DNA of 58,872 bases, filler included, from Candidatus Rokuibacteriota bacterium (GTDB lineage Bacteria > JAUVQV01 > DATDCY01): NCBI GenBank assembly GCA_031406795.1. It is 4 parts of 4 records of this genome, joined end to end, with 100 filler letters (N's around TTAATTAATTAA, not from the genome) between each part and the next. Parts side by side here need not be neighbours in the genome. Positions count along the whole stretch, not along the records: positions 1 to 12,530 come from JANOHV010000065.1; positions 12,631 to 20,122 come from JANOHV010000120.1; 2 more parts are not named here. One strand, given 5' to 3'. A program made the translations under genes and the position numbers. The number at the start of each line of letters is the position of its first letter. The first letter of the stretch is position 1. This document shows positions 7,957 through 16,637 of this stretch, in pieces. The notes under the pieces are model-generated. The model ran no database searches. It was not told where the DNA came from and saw only the letters and a program-made list of their open reading frames with translations.

Positions 7957-9654
7957 ATGAGAGTCGCGCTGGCGCAAATCAACCCCACGGTCGGGGATCT
8001 GCGCGGGAATCTCGAGAGGATCGCCGCCGCCGCGAGCCGGGCGTGCGCGGCCGGCGCCCGGCTCGTCCTGTTCCCCGAACTGGCCCTGTCGGGTTACCCG
8101 CCTGAAGACCTGTTGCTGAATCCCCTTTTCGTGGCCGAGTGCCGCAACGTGCTCCACGAAGCGGCGCGCCGCAGCGACGGCATCGACGCCGTGATCGGCT
8201 TCCCCGAGGCCGCCGGCGGTCACGTCCACAACGCGGCTGCGCTGTTGCGCGGCGGCGAGGTGGCGGGAATCTCACGCAAGACCGAACTGCCGAATTACGG
8301 CGTCTTCGACGAGCACCGCTACTTCACCCCCGGGGCCGGGCCGCTCGTGGCCGATGCCGGCGGCGCCGGCTGCCTGATCACCATCTGTGAGGACATCTGG
8401 GTGGCCGGCGGCGCAGTCGAACGACTGGCCCGCGAGCGGCGTCCCGCCCTCGTGCTCAATCTCTCGGCTTCCCCCTTTCACGCCGGGAAGCTCGCCGAAC
8501 GCCACGCCGCCGCCGCGCGCTTCGCCCGGGCGGCCGGGGCGCCCATCTGCTACGCCAACCTCGTGGGCGGGCAGGACGAGCTGGTCTTCGACGGCGGCAG
8601 CTTCGTGATGACCGCCGACGGGCGGATCGGCGCCGCCGCGAAGCGTTTCGACGAGGACCTCCTCATCGTCGATTTAACTCCGGGACCGGGCGGAGCGCTC
8701 GTCCCGTCGGCCGCTCTCGCCGCCGCCGGCCCGGACCGTCTCGGCGAGATTCAGGCGGCGCTCGTGCTGGGTACCCGGGACTACCTCGGAAAGAACCGCT
8801 TCACGAAAGCCGTCATCGGCCTCTCGGGCGGCATCGACTCGGCGCTCACCGCGGCCCTCGCCGTGGAGGCGCTCGGCGCGGACCGGGTCGTCGGCGTCTC
8901 GATGCCCTCGCGTTTCAACAGCGGCGAGACCCGGGAGGACGCGGCCCGCGTCGCACGGAACCTCGGCATCCGTTTCCTCGAGATACCGATCGAAGGCGTG
9001 TATCAGGACTACCTGGAACTCCTCGCCGTCCCCTTCGACAACAGCGACCCCGGCGTCGCCGGCGAGAACCTGCAGGCGCGCGTGCGCGGGAACATCCTGA
9101 TGGCGCTCTCGAACCGCTTCGGCTGGCTGGTGCTGACGACCGGCAACAAGAGCGAGACCGCCGTCGGCTACTGCACGCTCTACGGCGACATGGCGGGCGG
9201 GTTCGCCGTCATCAAGGACGTGCCGAAGACGCTGGTCTGGGAGCTCGCCGCGAACCTCAACCGCCGCGCCGGCCGCGAGCTGATCCCCGAAAGCACGATC
9301 GCGCGCGTCCCCTCCGCCGAGCTGCGGCCGAACCAGCGCGACGAAGACTCGCTGCCGCCCTACCCGGTTCTCGACGCCATCCTCGCGGCCTACGTCGAGG
9401 GGTTGCGCTCCCCCGCCGAGATCGCGGCCCTCGGCTTCGACGCGCGCACCGTCGAGCGGGTGATCCGGCTCGTCGATGGTTCGGAATACAAGCGCCGCCA
9501 GGCCCCCCCGGGCGTGAAGATCACCCCGCGGGCCTTCGGCCGCGACCGGCGGCTACCGATCACCAACCGCTGGACCGAACATCTGATGCGCTCCGGCGAG
9601 CCGGGGGCCGGTCGGCGCACCGCCGAGGGAAAGGACGGACAGGAATGCGCGTAG
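7957..9654 (+). CDS. nadE: Glutamine-dependent NAD+ synthetase
   Basis: Nitrilase domain (FPELALSGYPPEDLL, LPNYGVFDE, ICEDIW) plus synthetase domain (GLSGGIDS, ENLQAR.RG, TGNKSE, PSAELRP.Q.D). Confidence 0.96.
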   Translation: MRVALAQINPTVGDLRGNLERIAAAASRACAAGARLVLFPELALSGYPPEDLLLNPLFVAECRNVLHEAARRSDGIDAVIGFPEAAGGHVHNAAALLRGGEVAGISRKTELPNYGVFDEHRYFTPGAGPLVADAGGAGCLITICEDIWVAGGAVERLARERRPALVLNLSASPFHAGKLAERHAAAARFARAAGAPICYANLVGGQDELVFDGGSFVMTADGRIGAAAKRFDEDLLIVDLTPGPGGALVPSAALAAAGPDRLGEIQAALVLGTRDYLGKNRFTKAVIGLSGGIDSALTAALAVEALGADRVVGVSMPSRFNSGETREDAARVARNLGIRFLEIPIEGVYQDYLELLAVPFDNSDPGVAGENLQARVRGNILMALSNRFGWLVLTTGNKSETAVGYCTLYGDMAGGFAVIKDVPKTLVWELAANLNRRAGRELIPESTIARVPSAELRPNQRDEDSLPPYPVLDAILAAYVEGLRSPAEIAALGFDARTVERVIRLVDGSEYKRRQAPPGVKITPRAFGRDRRLPITNRWTEHLMRSGEPGAGRRTAEGKDGQECA

Positions 9655-10322
9655 CGGTCATCATGCACGTGGAAAGCGAGGGGCCCGGCGTCTTCGGGGC
9701 GCTGCTCGCGGCAGCCGGCGCCGAAGTCCGGACCGTCCGGCTGCACCTCGGCGAGGCGCTCCCGGCGCCCGGAGATCTCGACGCCGTACTCTCGATGGGT
9801 GGACCGATGAACGTCTACGAGGAGCAGCGGTACCCCTTCCTGCGCGAGGAGATGCACTTTCTGCAGCAGGCGGCGGCACGCGAACTCCCGGTGCTGGGCA
9901 TCTGCCTCGGCGCCCAGATGATCGCGAAAGCCGCGGGCGCCGCCGTCACGAGAAACCGCGTCGAGGAGATCGGCTGGGGCACCGTGAGCCTGACCGGGGA
10001 GGGACTGGCCGACCCGCTGTTCCGCGGCCTTTCCCCCGTCCTGCCGGTGTTCCAGTGGCACGGGGACACCTTCGCCATACCCGAGGGGGGAGCGCTGCTC
10101 GCCACCGGCGCCGACTGCCATCACCAAGCCTTTCGCTACCGGCGCTCCTGCGGGCTGCAGTTCCACCTCGAGGCCGATGCAGCGCTGCTCAAGAGCTGGT
10201 TTGCCGGCTCGGAGGCCGAGCGCGAGATCCTGCGGCGCCATGGCGAACTCGCCCCGCAGCTGGATCCGCTGGCGCGCGCCTTGTTCGACAACTTCCTCCA
10301 GGAAGCGCGCCGCACGCCCTGA
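9645..10322 (+). CDS. Type 1 glutamine amidotransferase
   Basis: MGGPM.VYE, LGICLGAQ, FQWHGDTF, GLQFHLE (Cys-His-Glu triad); overlaps the nadE stop. Confidence 0.9.
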   Translation: MRVAVIMHVESEGPGVFGALLAAAGAEVRTVRLHLGEALPAPGDLDAVLSMGGPMNVYEEQRYPFLREEMHFLQQAAARELPVLGICLGAQMIAKAAGAAVTRNRVEEIGWGTVSLTGEGLADPLFRGLSPVLPVFQWHGDTFAIPEGGALLATGADCHHQAFRYRRSCGLQFHLEADAALLKSWFAGSEAEREILRRHGELAPQLDPLARALFDNFLQEARRTP

Positions 10323-10337
10323 GGCGATCGCCCTTTT

Positions 10338-12530
10338 TCAGCCGCCCGCTGCCTTCGTGCCGGGGAAGTAGACTTTCATGCAATCGGGGCAGAGCCCGTG
10401 CGAAAATTCTGCTGAGGTGTGAGAGCTGACGTAGGTCTCGATCTGGCTCCAGGAACCCTGGTCGTCACGAATCTTCTTGCACCCCGCGCAAATCGGCAGC
10501 AGCCCGCTCAAGGTCCTGATGTTGGCGGCGGCTTCCTGGAGCTGGGCGATCAGCAACTCCCGTTCCGCCTCGGCCCTGACCCGTCCCGTGGCATCCCGCA
10601 GCACCCCTTCGATCCCGAGAAAAGCGCCGTCGTCGCCTTCGATGATCCGGCACGAGGACTCGAGCTCCAGCGGCTCGCCGCTCTTCTTCCTGGCTCTGAT
10701 GCGATACGCGCTGACGGATTTCTCCGCCTTCAGGACCGCCCTGAAGGCGTCCCGGTCGCGGGGGTCCCTCCAGAACTCCAGGGCATTGCGCCCGATGATC
10801 TCGTCGGGGCTCTGAAAGCCGAAGATGGCCGCGCCGGCCCGATTCATGCTCGTGAACACGCCGGCGGCGTTCACCCGATAGATGCCGTCCAGCGAGGAGT
10901 CGAAGAGGTCCCGGTACATTTTCTCGCTGGATTTCAATGCATCCTCGGCGTTCTTATGCGCGATGAACAGGGCGATTTTGTCAGCGGCGGTCTCCAGCTC
11001 CGGGAGTACGCGCGACGCGAGCGGCTGACGGCTGAACAACGCCATAACGCCCACCGTCTTCCCCTCCACCACGAGCGGATAGCCGGCGAACGTCACGATC
11101 CCCTCTCGCCGCACCCACTGCTGGTCGACGATGTCCGGATCCCCGAGCGCCGCGTTGGTCAGCAGCGGTCGCTGGTCCCGCGCGATGATGCCGATTTTCA
11201 ATTCGCCGAAGCGCTTGAGGCGGTGCTGCCCGGCCAGCCGGGTGGAGAGGCCCGCGCTGGCCTTGAGCTCCAGCGTGTTCGCTTCGCGCCCGAGCGTCCA
11301 GATACGCACCAGAGCCGCGTCGAGGTCCCTGACGAGAAACCCGACGCAGCGCTGGAGGACCGTCTCCAGCGACTTCCCGTCGGTCATCGCCGCGCTGACA
11401 TCGGCGCTCAACCGCAGCAGGCGCCCCTGTTCCTCCAGACCCTCCTGCGCCTTCACCCGCTCGGAGAGTTCGACGTGCAGGCGTTCGTTCGCCTGCAGCA
11501 GCTCGGCAGTGCGTTCTCCGACGAGCCTTTCCAGATCATCGCTGTAGGCGGTGAGCGCGCGCCGGGACTCCTGCATGCTGGCCGCCATCCGATTGAAGGT
11601 CGCGCCCAGCCGGCCAAGCTCATCCCGCGATCGGACCTCGACTCTGGCCTCCAGGTTGCCCCTCCCGATCTCCGCCGCCGCCCGGCTCAGATCGCGGATC
11701 GGCCGCGCGAAGGCGCGCACGGCGAGAAGCGTGACCAGGAGCAGCAGCGCGCCGGTGACCAGCACGACGAGGACGATCCTGGTTCTCGCATGAAGCGCCG
11801 GGACGAAAATGGTTCGCGTCGGAACCTCAAGTGTCAGCGTCCAGCCGTTTCCCGGGTAATCCCGGTAGCCGCGCTCGCGGACGAACACCAGGATCTCTTC
11901 CCCGGTCTTCTCCAGTGGATTGGTGTATCTCAGCGATCCCGAGTGCTGGCCGGCGCGGATGCGCTCGCGCAGTGGCTCCCAATCGGCCGAGGTCTCCTTG
12001 AGCACCCCTTCCCGATTGTAGGTGGAGGCGAGGAGCATCCCGTCGCGATCGACGAGGTCGGCCAGCATCCCGGCCTCGGATCCCCGCGGGCCGGAGACGG
12101 AGCCGCGCACCATTTCATCGAGAAACTCGAGAGCGAGCCGGAAAACTACCACCCCCCGGGGCACCCCCCCGGCGCCCCTGACGACGGCGGCAATGTGAAA
12201 TGCCGGCATCTGCAGGGATTCGGACCGGTGAATGCCGGCGACGAGATCACGCCCCTCCGCGATGCCCGTCCAGTAGGCCTCCGTGGCGTGCCGTTGCCCG
12301 ATCCCGAGGCCCTCGGTGTCGGCGACCCGCACCCGGTCCATCGTGAAGAACGACACGGACCGGTATTCGGTGTGCCAGCGCAGATACCTCGCCAACGCGT
12401 CGGCGATCTGCGGCGGGGCCGCGTCGCCCGATGCGAGCACCGGGTCGGCCGCGAGCGACCTGGCCTCCAGGGTTCTCTCGTGCAGATACGCGTCCAGCCG
12501 CTCCATCGCGTGGAAGGCGCGGTCCTCAAG
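10338..12530 (-). CDS. Membrane sensor: Cache-HAMP-GAF-PAS with C-terminal CxxC/HxxCxxC motif (5' truncated at contig end)
   Basis: TM helix plus HAMP (RPIRDL...DELGRLG.TFNRM), GAF (WVRREG..TFAGYPL), PAS, C-terminal LLPICAGCKKIRDD...FSHGLCPDC. Confidence 0.8.
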   Translation of the reverse strand, partial: LEDRAFHAMERLDAYLHERTLEARSLAADPVLASGDAAPPQIADALARYLRWHTEYRSVSFFTMDRVRVADTEGLGIGQRHATEAYWTGIAEGRDLVAGIHRSESLQMPAFHIAAVVRGAGGVPRGVVVFRLALEFLDEMVRGSVSGPRGSEAGMLADLVDRDGMLLASTYNREGVLKETSADWEPLRERIRAGQHSGSLRYTNPLEKTGEEILVFVRERGYRDYPGNGWTLTLEVPTRTIFVPALHARTRIVLVVLVTGALLLLVTLLAVRAFARPIRDLSRAAAEIGRGNLEARVEVRSRDELGRLGATFNRMAASMQESRRALTAYSDDLERLVGERTAELLQANERLHVELSERVKAQEGLEEQGRLLRLSADVSAAMTDGKSLETVLQRCVGFLVRDLDAALVRIWTLGREANTLELKASAGLSTRLAGQHRLKRFGELKIGIIARDQRPLLTNAALGDPDIVDQQWVRREGIVTFAGYPLVVEGKTVGVMALFSRQPLASRVLPELETAADKIALFIAHKNAEDALKSSEKMYRDLFDSSLDGIYRVNAAGVFTSMNRAGAAIFGFQSPDEIIGRNALEFWRDPRDRDAFRAVLKAEKSVSAYRIRARKKSGEPLELESSCRIIEGDDGAFLGIEGVLRDATGRVRAEAERELLIAQLQEAAANIRTLSGLLPICAGCKKIRDDQGSWSQIETYVSSHTSAEFSHGLCPDCMKVYFPGTKAAGG

Positions 12531-12630
12531 NNNNNNNNNNNNNNNNNNNNNNNNNNNNNNNNNNNNNNNNNNNNTTAATTAATTAANNNNNNNNNNNNNN
12601 NNNNNNNNNNNNNNNNNNNNNNNNNNNNNN
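12531..12630. other. Artificial contig-joining linker
   Basis: 100 nt of N flanking TTAATTAATTAA (stops in all frames). Confidence 0.97.
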
Positions 12631-12960
12631 CGGGTCGTCGCCACCGTCGACGCGGACGGCGTCCAGCGGGTCGCGATCCTCGGCGGCGGCTACTTTTACG
12701 ATCCCAACTACGTCGTCGTGAAGGTGAATGTCCCCGTTGAATTCTCGTTGACGAGGGAGTCCGGCATGACGCCCCACGATTTCGTCATCAAGGCGCCCGA
12801 GGCGGGGATCAATGTTTCCGCTTCCCTGGAGACCAAAGCCCAGCTCGTAAAGTTCACCCCCACCAAGGTCGGGAAGTATCCCTTCATCTGCAGCAAGTCC
12901 TTCTTGTGGATCAACCACCGGAAGAAGGGAATGGAAGGGATGCTCGAGGTCACGGAGTAG
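12631..12960 (+). CDS. Cupredoxin-domain protein (5' truncated)
   Basis: PHDF...GKYPFICSK....NHRKKGMEG gives the H/C/H/M type-1 copper ligand set; frame open to the contig edge. Confidence 0.8.
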   Translation, partial: RVVATVDADGVQRVAILGGGYFYDPNYVVVKVNVPVEFSLTRESGMTPHDFVIKAPEAGINVSASLETKAQLVKFTPTKVGKYPFICSKSFLWINHRKKGMEGMLEVTE

Positions 12961-12984
12961 CGCGGAGCGCTTCGGGAAGCGCCG

Positions 12985-13416
12985 ATGGCCTCCGACAGCG
13001 TCGTCTCCGCACTGCAGCTCGCGCATGTGGTCTTCAACACCACGCTGTTTCTCGGGTTCGTCTCCCAGGGCGTGCTGGGGTGGAGGATCCGGAGCCGGAG
13101 GGTGGCAGGCGTCCCGCAGGATTTCAGCGTGGTCAAACGGCACCGCGCGCGCGGACCGATCCTCGCGAGCCTGCTGCCCGTCGGCTTTCTCGTCGGCCTG
13201 AGCACCGCCTTCCTCCACCATGGGATCTGGGTGCGCTACCCGGCTCATCTCGCCGCCGGCACGGCCCTGTTGGCCCTCGTGGCAGCGGCGGTGCTGGTTT
13301 CGCGGCGGATTCGCGGCGCGCAATCGCGCTGGCGGACACCCCACGGCGCCCTCGGGTTGCTGCTGCTGTGCGCGTATCTCGTCCAGATCTACCTGGGGCT
13401 GAACATCTTTCTGTAG
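12985..13416 (+). CDS. DUF4079-like four-helix membrane protein (possible heme b binding)
   Basis: Four hydrophobic helices with spaced His residues (AHVV, RHR, AHL, PHG). Confidence 0.6.
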   Translation: MASDSVVSALQLAHVVFNTTLFLGFVSQGVLGWRIRSRRVAGVPQDFSVVKRHRARGPILASLLPVGFLVGLSTAFLHHGIWVRYPAHLAAGTALLALVAAAVLVSRRIRGAQSRWRTPHGALGLLLLCAYLVQIYLGLNIFL

Positions 13417-13417
13417 C

Positions 13418-13999
13418 CTAATCCCGGTGTTCGCCCAGGTGGATCATGCCGCCGGAGACGATGAATTTCATCGCCGCCTGCGCCGAGATGCCGACGACGC
13501 GGACCCGCTCGCGCGGGACGATGTAGAGCTCCCCCGAAAAATTGTACGAATGGGGGAAGTAGACGGCGACCTTCTCCCGCAGCCCGAGTTCGGTCAGGTC
13601 ATCCTGCGTGATGAAGCCGAGTTTCTCGAGATCCGAAACGCCGCTCATCTGCACGACGACCGGGTGGCTGAACCGCCGCTCTTTGGCGAACAGCGCCGAG
13701 AGCAGGTCGCGGACGGCGCCCTCGATCATGCCGATCAGCGGCGCGCGCTGCAGAAGCTTGCGGGTGAAGGCCTTGAACGGGCGGGCGATGATGGTCGAGC
13801 CGAGCCACCCGAGCAGGGTCAGCAGGGTCAGCAGCGTGAGGACGCCGAGTCCGGGGATGTGCGTTCCGAAGAACCCCTCCTCGATTCTTCGCACCGGGGC
13901 GTCGACCAGCGTGAAGACCCGGTAGAGGACGTAGGCGGTGATCCCGAGCGGCGCGATGTAGAGGAAGCCCTGGAAGAAGTAACCGACGAGTCGTTTCAC
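13418..13999 (-). CDS. DUF502 domain membrane protein
   Basis: GFL.IAPL.IT.YV, P.IG.I, LGFIT, VAVY.P.SYNFSG, AMKFIVSGG. Confidence 0.85.
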   Translation of the reverse strand: MKRLVGYFFQGFLYIAPLGITAYVLYRVFTLVDAPVRRIEEGFFGTHIPGLGVLTLLTLLTLLGWLGSTIIARPFKAFTRKLLQRAPLIGMIEGAVRDLLSALFAKERRFSHPVVVQMSGVSDLEKLGFITQDDLTELGLREKVAVYFPHSYNFSGELYIVPRERVRVVGISAQAAMKFIVSGGMIHLGEHRD

Positions 14000-14198
14000 A
14001 CCGACATTCTGACCACTTTCCCCCGGCCGTCAAGGGGGAGGCAGCGGCCCGCCCCGGAAATGCCGGGCGCTCCTTGCCAAACGGGGCAATGGGTCCTATC
14101 TTGAACGAAGTTCCCGCGGGGCCGGTTCCGTCACGGGGGGCACCCGGCTGCGGCAGCGGTTCCGGGCTGTTCGGCGACCATGAACGGGGGGAGGGGCC

Positions 14199-14600
14199 AT
14201 GGATTTCTTCGACAAGATGAAGGACGGCATCAGCAAAGGCATCGACACCATCGGCGCCAAGGGCAAGGAGTTGATGGAGGACACGCAGACGCAGCTGCAG
14301 ATCAGCAGCCTGCGGGACAAGAGGAAGAAGGCTCTTGGAGATCTCGGCGCGCTGGCGTACGCCCTGGTGCAGAAGGGGGCGCTCGCCGACGAGGCGGCGC
14401 AGGCGGCGTCCCGGACGATCGGCTCCCTGGATCAGGAGATTGCGGCCAAGCAGGCGCTGCTCGATCAGAGTGGCGACGAAACGAAACCCGCAGGCGCGGT
14501 GGTTCCCAAGGCCGGCTCGGCCCTGGTGAAGTGCGACTGCGGCGCTGAAATCGCCACCGGCGTGAAGTTCTGCTCGGCCTGCGGCAAGCAGCTCGGTTAG
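14199..14600 (+). CDS. Coiled-coil plus zinc-ribbon protein
   Basis: GGAGG RBS; C-terminal C.CG......KFCSACG. Confidence 0.75.
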   Translation: MDFFDKMKDGISKGIDTIGAKGKELMEDTQTQLQISSLRDKRKKALGDLGALAYALVQKGALADEAAQAASRTIGSLDQEIAAKQALLDQSGDETKPAGAVVPKAGSALVKCDCGAEIATGVKFCSACGKQLG

Positions 14601-14615
14601 CGCTCCGGAGATTTT

Positions 14616-16637
14616 TTGGGCGGCGGAAACGTCAAGTCCGGGACGCGCCTCGCCGTCGGTGTGCGTCTGACCTTCTTCGCCGCGTTCTTCGTCGCTGTCA
14701 TCGGGGCGGCGGCGCTTGGCGGGCGATGGGTCTTCTCCCATGCGGTTGCCATCCGCCGCCTCGCCCACGGTCCCACGGACAGCGTCTTTCTCGATGCGGG
14801 CGGCACGCCGTGGTTTCCGCTCGCGCCGCGGCGGCGGGAGGTCGCGCTCGAGCGCGTATCCCCGTCGCTGCGCGCTGCGGTCGTGGCCATCGAGGATCAC
14901 CGCTTCTTCAGCCATCACGGCATCGATCCGCGAGCCGTCGCCCGCGCCCTTGCCCACAATGTGCGCGCGGGCGGGAGGACCGAGGGGGCGAGCACGATCA
15001 CCCAGCAGCTCGCGCGGACGCTCTTTCTCTCCCGCGAGCGATCCGTCAGTCGCAAGGCGCGCGAAGCGCTGCTCGCCCTGCTGCTGGAGTCACAGCTCTC
15101 CAAAAAACGCATCCTCGAACTCTACCTCAACCATGTGCCTCTCGGCGGCGTGTATGGCGTGGAGGCCTTCGCGCTGGATTTCTTCGGCAAGTCCGCCGCC
15201 GACCTCACCCTTGCCGAGGCCGCCCTCCTCGCAGCGGTCATCCGGGCGCCCAGCGCCCTCTCGCCGAGGTCGCACTTCGACGCCGCCCTGTCTCGCAGCC
15301 GCCTGGTGCTCTCGCGCATGCGAGATGTGGGTGCGATCACGGCGGCCGAGGAGCGCGCTGCGCTCGAGGAGAGGGTGCGCATCGCCCCGGAGCCTCCCGC
15401 CGACCTCACGCTCTCGGGCTACGCCCAGGAGTACCTGCGGCGCGCCTTTCGACAGCGCGCCGGCGACGAGGTTCCGGTCGGCTGGCGCATCGGTACCACC
15501 TTTCGGATCGCGTTGCAGCAGGCCGCCGAGGATGCCCTCTCGGAGGGTCTGACGCGCCTGGCCCGCCCGGGTCTGCAGGCGGCCCTCGTTGCGATCGACC
15601 CGCAGACCGGCGACCTTCTTGCGCTCGTGGGGGGCTCCGACTTCCGTGCCTCTCCCTTCAATCGGGCGATCCTCGCGCGGCGCCAGACGGGGTCGGCGTT
15701 CAAACCGTTCGTCTTCGCGGCCGGGCTCGCGCGCGACGGCTCTCCCGTGACGCGCGTCCCCGGCATCGCGTCGCCCGGGTTCGCGGCAGCCCTCCAGGAG
15801 TCCGGCGGGCGCGCGGACCCGGACGATCCGGCAGGATCGCTGACCTGGCGCGAGGCGCTCTTCGAGTCGAACAACGAGGCGGCCGTTGCGGTGCTCCAGA
15901 GCGTCGGCACGCCGGCGGTGCTCGATCTGGCGCTCCAGGTCGGCCTCACGGGGCAGCCGGACGTGCCGTCGCTCGCGCTGGGCACCGGGCTCGCGACACC
16001 GCTCGAGCTCGCCGTCGCCTACGCCCCGTTCGCGAACGGCGGCTGGGCGGTCGACACGCGGGCGATCCGGGCGATCGAGGACCAGCGCGGCGCGGTCATC
16101 TATGAGGATGCCGGGGCGCGGCGCCGCGTCCTCACGGCCCCGGCGGCGTTCCAGGTGCTCTCGATGCTGCAGGACGTCGTGGAGCGCGGCACGGGGGCCG
16201 CGGCGCAGAGCCTCGGCTTCCCGGTCGCCGGGAAGACCGGCACCACCGACGAGTATCACGACGCCTGGTTCGTCGGGTTCTCCTCGCGCCTCGTGGCCGG
16301 CGTCTGGGTCGGGTTCGACCAGCCGAAACCCATCGGCGAGGAGTCCTCCGCCGCCAGAGTCGCCCTGCCGGTCTGGACGGCGTTCATGCGCCGCGCGGCG
16401 GTGGTCCTGCCGCCCGGCGAGTTCGAAGCGCCGCCGGAGATGGAGGCGGTGGAGCTCTGCAGCGTCTCGTTCGAGACCGCCTCGGAGCGGTGCCCGACGT
16501 ACACCGAGCATTTCAAGGCGGGGGACGTCGTGCCGCAGCGCCCCTGCCCGATCCACGGGGGTTCGCTGCGCAAGCGCGTGGGGCGCGCCGTCGGCGGATT
16601 CTTCGAGCGCGTCCGGGGCTTCTTCCAGCGGAGGTGA
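14616..16637 (+). CDS. Class A penicillin-binding protein (PBP1A family)
   Basis: Transglycosylase EDHRF..H.G.D, GASTITQQLAR, RK..E, LELYLN; transpeptidase S.FKP, S.N, KTGT; start uncertain. Confidence 0.9.
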   Translation: MGGGNVKSGTRLAVGVRLTFFAAFFVAVIGAAALGGRWVFSHAVAIRRLAHGPTDSVFLDAGGTPWFPLAPRRREVALERVSPSLRAAVVAIEDHRFFSHHGIDPRAVARALAHNVRAGGRTEGASTITQQLARTLFLSRERSVSRKAREALLALLLESQLSKKRILELYLNHVPLGGVYGVEAFALDFFGKSAADLTLAEAALLAAVIRAPSALSPRSHFDAALSRSRLVLSRMRDVGAITAAEERAALEERVRIAPEPPADLTLSGYAQEYLRRAFRQRAGDEVPVGWRIGTTFRIALQQAAEDALSEGLTRLARPGLQAALVAIDPQTGDLLALVGGSDFRASPFNRAILARRQTGSAFKPFVFAAGLARDGSPVTRVPGIASPGFAAALQESGGRADPDDPAGSLTWREALFESNNEAAVAVLQSVGTPAVLDLALQVGLTGQPDVPSLALGTGLATPLELAVAYAPFANGGWAVDTRAIRAIEDQRGAVIYEDAGARRRVLTAPAAFQVLSMLQDVVERGTGAAAQSLGFPVAGKTGTTDEYHDAWFVGFSSRLVAGVWVGFDQPKPIGEESSAARVALPVWTAFMRRAAVVLPPGEFEAPPEMEAVELCSVSFETASERCPTYTEHFKAGDVVPQRPCPIHGGSLRKRVGRAVGGFFERVRGFFQRR

